From: Lachnospiraceae bacterium
GTDB lineage: Bacteria; Bacillota; Clostridia; Lachnospirales; Lachnospiraceae
DNA: 64,000 nucleotides
Direction: 5' to 3'
NCBI GenBank assembly: GCA_029225065.1
Contig: JAQXVT010000050.1
Coordinates: 3,359 to 67,358, forward strand
This document shows, piece after piece, positions 49,940 through 60,183 of the stretch (position 1 is the stretch's first letter; every line of letters starts with the position of its first letter). Under the pieces are notes generated by a model that saw only the letters and a list, made by a program, of their open reading frames with translations, did no database searches and was not told where the DNA came from. Made by a program: the position numbers and the translations under genes.

Positions 49940-50057
49940 ACGTTATTTCAGAAAAAATCTACAAAGAGTGATAATAAATCCACAAAATAAGATTGATTTC
50001 GACAAGCCATTCATGATAAAGTTTCTTTATATATTTTTTCTGTAAAGGAAATGAGAT

Positions 50058-50879
50058 ATGAAAAGACGAAAAAGAAAATGGATGCTTTTAGTGTCAGCGT
50101 TCTGCGCCTTGGCTGTGCTGACGGGCTGTGGAGGGAAGCAGACAGCGGAAACGCGCGAAGCTGCGCTGCCGCAGATCGTAGTCGACAGTGACAATTATCC
50201 GCCTTACAATTTTGAGGATGCAAACGGCAGGCCGGCCGGGATCGATGTTGAGCTTGCAACGGAAGCCTTTAAGAGAATGGGCTATGAGGCTGTTTTTACC
50301 TATATTAACAGGGAAGATAAGAAAGAACTTGTAGAAAGCGGTGCGATCGACTGTATTTGGGGCAGCTTTTCGATCGATGGAAGAGAAAATGATTACAGCT
50401 GGACGAAGCCATACATGGTCAGTCGGCAGGTGGTGGCTGTGCGCGCGGACAGCACCATTTATACGCTGGCAGATCTGGAGGGGAAACGCGTGGCGGTACA
50501 GTCGACGACAAAGCCTGAGGTGCTCTTCAGCTCGCATACAGACAGCCGCATTCCGGTTCTGCAGGAGCTGTTTTCCCTGCAGAACCGGGAACTGATTTAT
50601 TCGTTTCTGAGCAAGGGCTATGCGGACGCGGTGGCTGCACATGAGACGGCGATTCTGAAATGTATGGAAGATTATGATCTGGAATACCGCATTCTTGCAG
50701 AGCCGCTGCTTACGGTCGGGCTTGGTGTGGCATTTGCAAAGGATGACGATCGCGGACTGAATGAGGAGCTGTCGCAGACATTTGAGGAGATGCGCAGTGA
50801 CGGCACGATGAAAAGGATCATCGGAAAATATCTGGAGCACCCGGAAAAATATCTGGAGGTAGAAAGCCTTGAAAAATAA
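50058..50879 (+). CDS. Family 3 amino-acid-binding lipoprotein without its own permease
   Basis: LTGC lipobox, YPPYNF, GIDVEL, YTLADLEGKRVAVQ. Confidence 0.9.
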   Translation: MKRRKRKWMLLVSAFCALAVLTGCGGKQTAETREAALPQIVVDSDNYPPYNFEDANGRPAGIDVELATEAFKRMGYEAVFTYINREDKKELVESGAIDCIWGSFSIDGRENDYSWTKPYMVSRQVVAVRADSTIYTLADLEGKRVAVQSTTKPEVLFSSHTDSRIPVLQELFSLQNRELIYSFLSKGYADAVAAHETAILKCMEDYDLEYRILAEPLLTVGLGVAFAKDDDRGLNEELSQTFEEMRSDGTMKRIIGKYLEHPEKYLEVESLEK

Positions 50880-53106
50880 GAAAAAAACGACCGGCAAACG
50901 GCTTCGGCTGTGGCCTCTGGAGGCGCTGCTTGGAATTTTTCTGATCGGAGGTGTCTTTCTGATTGCGACAAATGCGGATATGCGGGAGACGGAGCAGCGT
51001 CTCTGCGCGACGGTCAGCTACATAAAAGAACAGTGCAATCAGTACAACCGAATGAATCTTGCGTCAGAGACCAAAAGCCTGATGCGCATCATCGAGAGTG
51101 CGCACCAGATTGAACGGCAGCTTACGCCTGGGCAGGAACTGAAGGAATCATTGCCAATAGATGAAGAAGCGATGGAAGCCTGCGTAAGGAGCAGCTATGT
51201 GACAGGCGCGCTGCTGCTGGATCTGAATGGAAACGTGCAGGCGGAATACTGTGATAAATTTGAAAGGCCGGAGGAGCTGGAGGCGTATTTTGATACAGAG
51301 ACGCTGCTCGATACGGCAAAGGTTTCGGAGAAGTCCTATTCGGTGCGGATTGCATGTGCGGACGGCTCCTATGTAGATCTCGGCGCAGTGGGAAGAAGCG
51401 ATGGCTCCGGCGTGGTGGCAGCGTATTACCAGACATCAGCCGAATATGTGAATACATTCAGCCTTACGTTGGAGGCACTGCTGACCGGATACAGTCTGGA
51501 AGATGATGGAACGATTGTTGTGAGCAGCGGAAACGATATCGTTGCAAGCAACGACACCAGTCTGATCGGACAGAGTACAGATGACATCCCGATTCTGCGT
51601 CGGATCAAGGCGGAGGCGAACAGCGATCGTCTTGTGCATGCAAAAAGAAATGCGAATTCACAGGCACAGAATTTTGGCCTGATGGAGCACGGACGTGATT
51701 ATTACGTGTATGCCTTCATGCCGGAGCAGGCTGTATTTAATTCGACGTTTCAGAACGTATTCTATTCTCTGATTGTGTATCTGGTGCTGCTCGCAGTCAT
51801 CAACATAATACGCTGGCGGATGGCGGAGGGCTATCAGGAGAATCAGCTTGCGGCGCAGAAGATGTATGCGGAAAATCTGCGCAGCAAAAATGAGCAGCTG
51901 CGTGAAGCGGTAGATCAGGCAGACCGCGCCAATGCGGCGAAGACAAGCTTTCTTTCGCGGATGAGCCACGATATCCGCACTCCGCTCAACGGAATCATCG
52001 GACTTCTGGAGATCGATGAGGCGCATCCGGATGATCTTGCACTGATCCGGGCAAACCAGAAAAAAATGAAAATTGCAGCGAACCATCTGCTCTCGCTGAT
52101 CAACGATATTCTGCAGATGAGCAAGCTGGAGAGCGGCAGGGTGGAGCTTACCGAGGAGCCGATGGATCTGCAGGAGCTTTCAGCGGGAATCCTTGCCATC
52201 ATTGAGCAGCGGGCCGCTGAGGCCGGTATCACGCTGGAATACGACAAAAATTCTGGACGAATCGCATATAGCAATGTCTATGGAAGTCCGCTGTATTTTC
52301 GCCAGATTTTTCTGAATATTTACAGCAACTGCATTAAGTACAACAAGGTCGGCGGAAAGGTGGAGACGTCGTGCACCTGCCTTGGAATCAAGGATGGAGT
52401 CGTGACGTATCGCTGGAGTATCCGAGATACGGGAATTGGCATGAAGCCGGAGTTTGTGAAACATATTTTTGATCCGTTTGCACAGGAACGCTCTGACGCA
52501 CGCAGCGTCTACAATGGAACGGGTCTTGGCATGGCGATCGTCAAAAACCTGATCGACAAAATGAACGGTACGATTGAAGTGACGAGTGAGGAAAATGTCG
52601 GCTCAATTTTTGTGATCACGCTTCCGCTGCGGCTGGTGGAAGAGGCAAACCTTCCGGTGAAAGAGCCCCGTGAGCAGACGAAGGAAGCGGAGGAATCCGG
52701 CGAGATCGGCGGACTGCATCTGCTGCTTGCGGAGGACAACGATCTGAACGCGGAGATTGCGGAGACGCTGCTCACCGACAGAGGCGCTGTGATTACGATT
52801 GCTCATGACGGACAGCAGGCGCTCGATGCATTTGAGGCGAACCCGCCGGGAACGTTTGACGCAATTCTTATGGATGTGATGATGCCGGTCATCGACGGCT
52901 TATCGGCGACGCGCATGATCCGTGCGCTGCCGCGTGAGGATGCAAAGAAGATTCCGATCATCGCAATGACGGCCAATGCATTTGACGAGGACGTAAAGCG
53001 ATGCATGGAAGCCGGAATGGACGCGCATTTATCCAAGCCGCTTCAGATGGAGCAGGTGGGCAGGACGATCGCAAAATACTGCCGAAACAGGGGAGAGCGG
53101 ACATAA
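50869..53106 (+). CDS. Hybrid sensor histidine kinase / response regulator
   Basis: Two TM helices, FLSRMSHDIRTPLNG, DTGIGM, GTGLGMAI, receiver AED..MDVMMP..KP. Confidence 0.95.
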   Translation: MKNKKKTTGKRLRLWPLEALLGIFLIGGVFLIATNADMRETEQRLCATVSYIKEQCNQYNRMNLASETKSLMRIIESAHQIERQLTPGQELKESLPIDEEAMEACVRSSYVTGALLLDLNGNVQAEYCDKFERPEELEAYFDTETLLDTAKVSEKSYSVRIACADGSYVDLGAVGRSDGSGVVAAYYQTSAEYVNTFSLTLEALLTGYSLEDDGTIVVSSGNDIVASNDTSLIGQSTDDIPILRRIKAEANSDRLVHAKRNANSQAQNFGLMEHGRDYYVYAFMPEQAVFNSTFQNVFYSLIVYLVLLAVINIIRWRMAEGYQENQLAAQKMYAENLRSKNEQLREAVDQADRANAAKTSFLSRMSHDIRTPLNGIIGLLEIDEAHPDDLALIRANQKKMKIAANHLLSLINDILQMSKLESGRVELTEEPMDLQELSAGILAIIEQRAAEAGITLEYDKNSGRIAYSNVYGSPLYFRQIFLNIYSNCIKYNKVGGKVETSCTCLGIKDGVVTYRWSIRDTGIGMKPEFVKHIFDPFAQERSDARSVYNGTGLGMAIVKNLIDKMNGTIEVTSEENVGSIFVITLPLRLVEEANLPVKEPREQTKEAEESGEIGGLHLLLAEDNDLNAEIAETLLTDRGAVITIAHDGQQALDAFEANPPGTFDAILMDVMMPVIDGLSATRMIRALPREDAKKIPIIAMTANAFDEDVKRCMEAGMDAHLSKPLQMEQVGRTIAKYCRNRGERT

Positions 53107-53179
53107 GAGAATGAAATGAAGTGCAGGGGTGGGCACTCCCCTGCTCTGACATAAGAGAAAACATTGGGAGGGACATCAA

Positions 53180-54556
53180 ATGGAAGAACATCATAATGAA
53201 AAACGCAGTACGTTTTCGGGCAGGCTCGGATTCGTACTCTCGGCGGCCGGAGCCTCGGTCGGTCTTGGAAATATCTGGAGGTTTCCGTATCTCGCAGCAA
53301 AGTACGGCGGCGGAATTTTTCTGCTGATCTATATCGTGCTGGCACTGACCTTTGGCTACACGATGATCGTGGCGGAGACGGCACTTGGGCGCATGACGAA
53401 AAAGAGTCCGGTCGGCGCATTCCGAAAGTTTGGAAAGTCCGGATGGCTGTCATTTGGCGGCTGGATCAATGCGGTTATTCCGATTCTGATTGTGCCGTAT
53501 TACTCCGTTATCGGCGGCTGGGTCATCAAATATCTGGTGGAATATATCAAAGGAAACGGCAGCGCACTGGCAGGTGACGGCTATTTCACCTCCTTTATCT
53601 CAAACGGTGTATCGACAGAACTGTGTTTCCTGGTATTCACTTTTTTCACGCTGGCGGTCATTTATGCGGGTGTCCGCAACGGCGTGGAGCGTGTCTCCAG
53701 TATGATGATGCCGGTGCTCGTCGTACTTTCAATTATCATTGCAATTTATTCAGTCACAAGACCGGGCGCGTTGGAGGGCGTGAAATATTTTCTCGTACCG
53801 AACCCGGCAAACTTCTCGTGGATGACGGTTGTTGCAGCGATGGGGCAGATGTTCTATTCGCTGTCAATCGCGATGGGCATTCTTGTGACCTTCGGCTCCT
53901 ACATGAAAAAAGACATCTCGATCGAGGATTCGACGAGAAATGTGGAGGTCTTTGATACGGCAATCGCAGTAATGGCGGGACTGATGGTTATCCCGGCAGT
54001 CTTTGCATTCTCCGGCGGCGATCCGGATACTCTGCAGGCAGGCCCGTCGCTGATGTTTATTACAATCCCGAAGGTATTTGAGAGCATGGGACTTGGAACA
54101 CTGGTCGGCATTGCATTTTTCCTGCTCGTGCTGTGCGCGGCAGTGACCAGCTCGATTGCCCTGACCGAGAGCGCTGTCTCGACCTTCCAGGATGAGCTGA
54201 AATGGGGCCGAAAAAAATCGACCATCGTAGTGGGCGCTATCATGGCCGTGCTCGGCACACTCTCCTCACTTGGCTACGGACCGCTCGGTTTCGTGAAGAT
54301 CATCGGAATGCAGTTCCTCGATTTCTTTGATTTCCTGACGAACTCCGTGATGATGCCGATCGCCGCGATGGCAACCTGCCTTCTCGTCTCCGGCGTGATC
54401 GGTGTGCAGAAGATTGAGCAGGAGATAATCACAGGCGAGGCGAAGTTTCGCAGAAAGAAGATTTTCAATTTCATGATCCGCTATCTGTGCCCGGTATTCG
54501 CAGCGATCATTCTGGTCAGCTCGGTGGCGAATGCGTTTGGGTGGATTAAGATGTAA
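53180..54556 (+). CDS. Sodium-dependent transporter (NSS/SNF family)
   Basis: SAAGASVGLGNIWRFPY, GGGIF, QMFYSLS. Confidence 0.95.
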   Translation: MEEHHNEKRSTFSGRLGFVLSAAGASVGLGNIWRFPYLAAKYGGGIFLLIYIVLALTFGYTMIVAETALGRMTKKSPVGAFRKFGKSGWLSFGGWINAVIPILIVPYYSVIGGWVIKYLVEYIKGNGSALAGDGYFTSFISNGVSTELCFLVFTFFTLAVIYAGVRNGVERVSSMMMPVLVVLSIIIAIYSVTRPGALEGVKYFLVPNPANFSWMTVVAAMGQMFYSLSIAMGILVTFGSYMKKDISIEDSTRNVEVFDTAIAVMAGLMVIPAVFAFSGGDPDTLQAGPSLMFITIPKVFESMGLGTLVGIAFFLLVLCAAVTSSIALTESAVSTFQDELKWGRKKSTIVVGAIMAVLGTLSSLGYGPLGFVKIIGMQFLDFFDFLTNSVMMPIAAMATCLLVSGVIGVQKIEQEIITGEAKFRRKKIFNFMIRYLCPVFAAIILVSSVANAFGWIKM

Positions 54557-54604
54557 AAGAATCTCTGAAAGAAATAAAACAGAATCACACGGGCAGCAAA
54601 TCGC

Positions 54605-54656
54605 TGCTTTGCACAAAGGTTGGCAGACTCTTGGACAGAGTTTTGCCGACCTTTTT
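54605..54656 (+). terminator. Intrinsic terminator
   Basis: AAAGGTTGGCAGACTCT / AGAGTTTTGCCGACCTTT followed by a T run. Confidence 0.75.
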
Positions 54657-54849
54657 CTTTGGTAAAAGTTTAACAAAAATAGTGGCGATAAATTGTGAAT
54701 TTAGGCAAAAAGAGAGGATTACAGCAAAAATACAATCAGAGAAAAAAGAGCCGGGTTTGCACTCGCAATTCTTTTTTCCCAAAAATTTGCACTGAGTAAA
54801 ATTTCAAGAGGATTATTGATGGTGTGCTGGCAGAAAATATTTCCAATGG

Positions 54850-55150
54850 AGATCGAATCCCGAGACCACATCATTATTGGGATTCGGATCTGGCAAAATG
54901 GATCGAGGCGGCATCCTACAAGTCTGTACTATCATCCGGACGCTGAAATTGAAGCACAAATCGATGAGATCGTAGATGATTACGAAAAAATGCAGCAGCC
55001 GGATGGCTATCTGAATACGTATTATACCGTTGTGGAACCGGGACGGCGATGGACTAACGTGCACCGGATGCATGAACTTTACTGTGCCGGACATCTGATT
55101 GAGGTAGCGGTGGCGTATTATCAGGCGACCGGAAAAAGGAAAAATACATG
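54850..55150 (+). pseudogene. GH127 (beta-L-arabinofuranosidase-like) internal fragment
   Basis: WDSDLAKWIEAASY, then a frameshift, then QQPDGYLNTYY and HELYCAGHLIE. Truncated at both ends. Confidence 0.85.
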
Positions 55151-55363
55151 GTTATAAATTTGTAGCGAAACCCCATAGGCTTGCCTATGGGATGAAAGCC
55201 ACTTTTCTGGCTTGATTTTAACATAGAATAGATATATGATATATGTGTAAAATAGAAATATTTAACAGGAAATATAATCATATATGAATTATCATGCTAA
55301 ATGTAACCCAAACAATACAAATCCGCATAAATAATATCATGCATAATATAGGAGAACAGATAA

Positions 55364-55561
55364 ATGGCGCGACCTAAAAGTGATAATGTACAGATTAACA
55401 TTTCTATTCCTTCTGAATGGAAGATCGAACTTGAAAACCTTGCCCGTATCTATTCTGTGGAAGAAGGCAAGACTATTACTTTTCTTGAACTGATGCGTAG
55501 AGGTATCCAGGAAAAATATCAATTAGGAGCACAAGGCAATGAGCAAGGAACAATATCATAG
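55364..55561 (+). CDS. Small ribbon-helix-helix-like protein inside the IS
   Basis: AGGAG RBS. VQINISIP beta-strand followed by two predicted helices. Overlaps the tnpA start. Confidence 0.55.
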   Translation: MARPKSDNVQINISIPSEWKIELENLARIYSVEEGKTITFLELMRRGIQEKYQLGAQGNEQGTIS

Positions 55562-55952
55562 TGCTTCTCATTGTAAATATTTAATACAGTATCATATCAT
55601 ATGGTGCCCTAAATTCAGGTTTTCGGTCTTAAAAGGCAATGTTGAGCTTACCTTAAAAGAGATAGTACAGAAAATTTGTGCTAATTATGGATATCTCATA
55701 AAAGCTCTCGAGGTGATGCCTGACCATATACATATATTTGTGGATGTACCACAAACAGTAGCTCCTTGTGATGTTGTAAGAACTCTTAAAAGCATCAGTG
55801 CGATTGAGCTATTTAAAGTATACCCGCAGTTAAAACAATTTTACGCAAGATGTGGAGCTTTATGGTCAAGGGGATATTTTGTATCGACAGTAGGACATAT
55901 CAGTGAAGCCACTGTAATTAAATACATTGAGGAACAGAAAAAGCATGATTGA
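55539..55952 (+). CDS. tnpA: IS200/IS605 Y1 (HUH) transposase
   Basis: YHIIWCPKFR, MPDHIHIF, LWSRGYFVSTVG, IKYIEEQ. Confidence 0.96.
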   Translation: MSKEQYHSASHCKYLIQYHIIWCPKFRFSVLKGNVELTLKEIVQKICANYGYLIKALEVMPDHIHIFVDVPQTVAPCDVVRTLKSISAIELFKVYPQLKQFYARCGALWSRGYFVSTVGHISEATVIKYIEEQKKHD

Positions 55953-56363
55953 CAACGAACACAAGAAGGTTTTAAAACAATATTATAAACGTTCTGATAG
56001 GCATATTTTAGTCGTTGAGGCGGATATGTCTTATTCTGATGTGTTAAAAGTCGTAGCTTTATCTGATAAAATCCGCAAAGCAGGTAACGAACTTGTTAGC
56101 CTTATGTGAAAAAATTATGGTCAACTTATCTATAATGAGAATGGTACAATTAAGAAAGGACATAAGACATGGAAGTATTCTTGGTACAAAGAGATTGGTA
56201 TTCATCATTTTTGCTGTATTGCTATAATTTTAAAAATCATGATATAGATAAAGATAAATGTATGAAAAAATTTAAGAGGCATTACAATAAGGAAAAAGCC
56301 TTAATCGAATGGATTAAGGCTAATAGAATCAAAGTGTTAAATAGTGGTATCAAGATAGCATAA
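55945..56363 (+). pseudogene. tnpB: TnpB-like remnant
   Basis: In-frame stop at 56107-56109, an NENGTIKKG segment, then a frame change to QRDWYSSF (RuvC-III-like) and the C-terminus. Confidence 0.7.
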
Positions 56364-56480
56364 AATAAAGCATTTTAGGGAGACTGACTATACTTCCTTG
56401 TTGCAAAACAGAAATTTACCGCTAATGAAAGCACAGAACAGAAAATTTCAGCTTTATAGGATTGAAGATCAGGAGAAAAA

Positions 56481-57623
56481 ATGAAAGCAGTAGTGGCAAT
56501 TGATTCATTCAAGGGCAGCATGACCTCCATGCAGGCGGGAAATGCGGCAAAACGCGGAATCCTTGCAGCGCACCCGGAGGCTGAGGTGGTCGTCTGCCCG
56601 GTAGCCGATGGAGGCGAGGGTACGACAGATGCACTGATTGAAGGGCTTGGCGGAGAAAAGATTGAGCTTGCAGTGTCCGGTCCGCTGGGAGATGTGGTAA
56701 AGGCGTATTATGGCTGGCTGCCGGAGCGAAAGACAGCTGTCATGGAGATGGCATCGGCGGCAGGCATTACACTGGTGAAAAAAAAAGATCCGCTTCGGGC
56801 TTCGACGCGCGGCGTGGGCGAGATGATAGCAGATGCGCTTGCGCGCGGCTGCCGTGATTTTATCATCGGAATCGGCGGGAGTGCGACAAACGACGGCGGG
56901 ATTGGAATGCTGAAAGCACTCGGCTATACGTTCACAGATGAAAACGGAGCGGATGTCGGAGAGGGGGCACAGGCGCTTGGAAGAGTTGAGCGGATCTGTG
57001 CAGACCAAAGAACCCCGCTTCTTGAGGGCGTTCGGTTTCAGATCGCGTGCGATGTGACAAATCCGCTCTGCGGCGAGAACGGAGCAACGTATATTTTCGG
57101 GCCGCAAAAGGGGGTCACGGAGGAGCAAAAGCAGCCGATCGATGAGGCGATGCGCCATTATGCAAAGGTGGCCGAGCAGTATTTTCGGTGCAGCACGGCA
57201 AAGGCAGCGGGAGCCGGAGCGGCAGGTGGTCTCGGTTTTGCATTTCTGACATTTTTAAGCGGAACTTTGATACCGGGCGTCACGCTCGTTCTGGAGGTGA
57301 CCGGGCTTGAAAAGGAGCTGCAGGACGCGGATTTTGCAGTGACGGGAGAGGGCAGGCTGGATGCGCAGTCCGTGATGGGCAAGGCTCCGGTCGGCGTGGC
57401 AAAGCTTGCGAAAAAGTACGGGGTAAAGACGATTGCATTTGCCGGAAGCGTCGCCAGGGACGCGGGCTGCTGCAATGCCTCCGGCATTGACGCATTTTTT
57501 CCGATCGTGCGCGGTGTGACGACGCTCGAGGCGGCAATGGAGACGGAGACAGCCGAGCAAAATATGGCGGCAGCGGCGGAGCAGGTGTTCCGGCTGTTGA
57601 CAATTGCATCGCGATTGAACTGA
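56481..57623 (+). CDS. glxK: Glycerate kinase (GlxK/GarK family)
   Basis: AIDSFKGS, ADGGEGT, GIGGSATNDGG, GAGAAGGLG, TGEGRLDAQ. Confidence 0.95.
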   Translation: MKAVVAIDSFKGSMTSMQAGNAAKRGILAAHPEAEVVVCPVADGGEGTTDALIEGLGGEKIELAVSGPLGDVVKAYYGWLPERKTAVMEMASAAGITLVKKKDPLRASTRGVGEMIADALARGCRDFIIGIGGSATNDGGIGMLKALGYTFTDENGADVGEGAQALGRVERICADQRTPLLEGVRFQIACDVTNPLCGENGATYIFGPQKGVTEEQKQPIDEAMRHYAKVAEQYFRCSTAKAAGAGAAGGLGFAFLTFLSGTLIPGVTLVLEVTGLEKELQDADFAVTGEGRLDAQSVMGKAPVGVAKLAKKYGVKTIAFAGSVARDAGCCNASGIDAFFPIVRGVTTLEAAMETETAEQNMAAAAEQVFRLLTIASRLN

Positions 57624-57723
57624 GAATGTTTTCTGCCTTGGTGAAGTGACGCGAGTATTCGGTTTCTTTACGGTAAGAATACACAAGTTTGAATACTGAA
57701 AAAAGTGCTGCAGGAGGTCCCAT

Positions 57724-59256
57724 ATGAGTGAAGAAAAATCACATATTTATATTGCGATCGATCTGAAATCATTTTATGCGTCGGTGGAATGCCAAGAACG
57801 GAATCTGAACCCGCTTATGACAAATCTTGTGGTGGCGGATGAGGAGCGGACGGAAAAAACGATCTGTCTGGCGGTCTCACCATCGCTGAAAGCATACGGA
57901 ATTTCGGGCCGTGCGCGCCTGTTTGAGGTGGTGCAGCGTGTAAAAGAGGTGAACCGGGAGCGGGCAGCGAAAGCGCCCGGCGGAAAATTTGCGGGAAGCT
58001 CATGCTTTGCGGATGAGCTGAAAGACCATCCGGAGCTTGCAATCGGGTATGTCACAGCACCGCCGCGCATGGCACTTTACATGGAGTACAGCACAAGAAT
58101 TTACGACATTTATCTGCGGTATTTTGCGCCCGAGGACATGCATGTCTACTCAATCGATGAGGTGTTTATGGATGTGACGGAATACCTTGGCATGTATCAG
58201 ATGACGCCGGCGGAGCTTGCCGCGAAAATCATTTCCGAAGTGATGGAGGAGACCGGAATCACAGCGACGGCCGGGATTGGCACAAATCTCTATCTGTGCA
58301 AGGTGGCGATGGATATCGTGGCGAAACATATCGCACCGGATGCGTGCGGTGTGCGGATTGCGCAGCTGGACGAGGAGAGCTACCGAAAGCTGTTGTGGTC
58401 GCACCGCCCTCTGACAGATTTCTGGCGCGTTGGTCCGGGCTATCGCAAAAAGCTGGAGAGCGTTGGATTGTATACGATGGGGGATATTGCGAGGTGCTCG
58501 CTTGGCGGTACAAACGATTATTATAATGAAGAACTCCTGTACCAGCTGTTTGGAATTAACGCAGAGCTTCTGATCGACCATGCATGGGGGTATGAACCGG
58601 TGACTATTCGCGAGATCAAAGCGTATAAGCCGGAGAGCAGCAGTATCGGCTCCGGTCAGGTGCTGCACTGTCCGTATGGCTTTGAGCAGACGAAGCTGGT
58701 CGTTCGCGAGATGGCGGATTTTCTGGCACTTGATCTGGTCGAAAAACATCTGGTCACGGATCAGATCGTGCTGACGATTGGTTATGATACAGAAAATCTG
58801 GCGAATCCGGAGCTTCGGAAAAAGTATCGCGGAGAGGTGAAAGCAGACCGCTATGGAAGACTTGTCCCAAAGCATGCGCACGGGACAGTGAATTTGGAGC
58901 GGCAGACCTCCGCGGCATCCGTCATTACAGACGCAGTGCTTGGGCTCTACGGGCAGATCGTAAATAAAAATCTTCTGATACGGCGGATCTATATCACGGC
59001 AAACCATGTCATAGATGAAAAGAATGCGGCAGAAACGAAAACGTATGAGCAGATGGATCTGTTCACCGATTATCAGGAGCTGGAAAGAGAGCGAAAAGCA
59101 GAAAAAGAAATGCTGGAAAAAGAGCGGAAACTGCAGGAGGCGATGCTTTCCATTAAGAAAAAATATGGAAAAAATGCAATGCTGAAGGGTACGAGCCTGC
59201 AGGAGGGGGCGACGGCGATCGACCGGAATAATCAGATTGGAGGGCACCGGGCATAG
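57724..59256 (+). CDS. Y-family DNA polymerase (UmuC/ImpB type)
   Basis: IDLKSFYASVEC, YSIDEVF, GIGTNLYL, DFWRVG. Confidence 0.92.
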   Translation: MSEEKSHIYIAIDLKSFYASVECQERNLNPLMTNLVVADEERTEKTICLAVSPSLKAYGISGRARLFEVVQRVKEVNRERAAKAPGGKFAGSSCFADELKDHPELAIGYVTAPPRMALYMEYSTRIYDIYLRYFAPEDMHVYSIDEVFMDVTEYLGMYQMTPAELAAKIISEVMEETGITATAGIGTNLYLCKVAMDIVAKHIAPDACGVRIAQLDEESYRKLLWSHRPLTDFWRVGPGYRKKLESVGLYTMGDIARCSLGGTNDYYNEELLYQLFGINAELLIDHAWGYEPVTIREIKAYKPESSSIGSGQVLHCPYGFEQTKLVVREMADFLALDLVEKHLVTDQIVLTIGYDTENLANPELRKKYRGEVKADRYGRLVPKHAHGTVNLERQTSAASVITDAVLGLYGQIVNKNLLIRRIYITANHVIDEKNAAETKTYEQMDLFTDYQELERERKAEKEMLEKERKLQEAMLSIKKKYGKNAMLKGTSLQEGATAIDRNNQIGGHRA

Positions 59257-59257
59257 T

Positions 59258-59662
59258 ATGAAAAACTGTCATGAATACGATGATATCATAGATCTTCCGC
59301 ATCACACATCAAAGACACATCCGCGGATGACGCTTTATGACCGTGCAGCACAGTTTTCGCCGTTTGCAGCGCTCAGTGGTTACGAAGCGGCAGTGGATGA
59401 GACCGCAAGGCAGACGGAACCGTGGAATCCTTTGGAGGAAGATAAAAAAGAAGAGCTGGACAACAGACTGCGGGCGATCATGCAGCATCCGGAAAAAGAA
59501 AGCGTCACGATTACATTTTTCCGCCCGGATGAGAAAAAAGAGGGCGGAAGCTATGTGACGGTACGCGGTACAGTGAAAAAGATCGATCTGTATACTCGCA
59601 CGCTGCGTTTGATGGACGGCACACAGATCGATATCGATCGAATTGTTGAGATTGCGGAGTGA
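59258..59662 (+). CDS. YolD-like protein
   Basis: YDDIIDLPHH..HPRM..DRAAQFSPFAAL motif, directly after the Y-family polymerase. Confidence 0.85.
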   Translation: MKNCHEYDDIIDLPHHTSKTHPRMTLYDRAAQFSPFAALSGYEAAVDETARQTEPWNPLEEDKKEELDNRLRAIMQHPEKESVTITFFRPDEKKEGGSYVTVRGTVKKIDLYTRTLRLMDGTQIDIDRIVEIAE

Positions 59663-59750
59663 AATATACAAGTATATAAATTTTGTGTAATATAATTCTG
59701 TATTCTTTTTACAAGATTCTGTGCATCATCAGATGCTGGATCCATATTCT

Positions 59751-60122
59751 TTATTTCTCCAGCTTGCTTCTATCAAAAGCCTTAAAATCCATGTGTTTCA
59801 CTTCTGATAATTTTATTCCAAGAGCAAAGTTCATCAAGTTTTCAATATGTTCCTTCTTAATCCCAAGCAGCTCTATTTGTTGTTCTAAAGCTTTGCGTCT
59901 GACAAAATCAGGATTATTAACAATCGACTTAATGTCTTTGAGCGGGAACTCCAATTCTCGAAACAGCAAAATGTTTTGAAGACGCTCCAAATCTGCATCG
60001 TCATACAATCTGTAGCCTGCATCGGTATATCCCGTCGGATGTAAAAGACCAATCTTGTCATAATATTGTAGAGTACGTATACTCACTCCGGCAAGCTTAC
60101 TCACTTCATGCACTGTCATCAT
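59751..60122 (-). pseudogene. Mta/TipA-type MerR regulator truncated before the TipAS effector domain
   Basis: Intact HTH (VSIRTLQYYDKIGLL, GYRLY). Ends at MDFKAFDRSKLEK, where TipAS normally begins. Confidence 0.7.
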
Positions 60123-60152
60123 TGATATTTCCTCCCTTAACTTGGTGACTTC

Positions 60153-60183
60153 AGCATAAACTATTACGTAACGTCGGAGTCAA
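60153..60183 (-). promoter_or_regulatory. MerR (Mta-like) promoter with a 19-bp spacer
   Basis: TTGACT-CCGACGTTACGTAATAGTT-TATGCT on the minus strand. Confidence 0.75.

Larger units (their letters stand above)
55150..56400 (+). mobile_element. IS200/IS605-family element with internally deleted tnpB (boundaries approximate)
   Basis: AT-rich block, perfect left-end hairpin CCCATAGGC-TT-GCCTATGGG (55172-55191), tnpA and tnpB remnants. Confidence 0.85.

Noticed and set aside
57624-57723. LexA (SOS) box before the Y-family polymerase
   Set aside because: The best candidate does not fit GAAC-N4-GTTY spacing.
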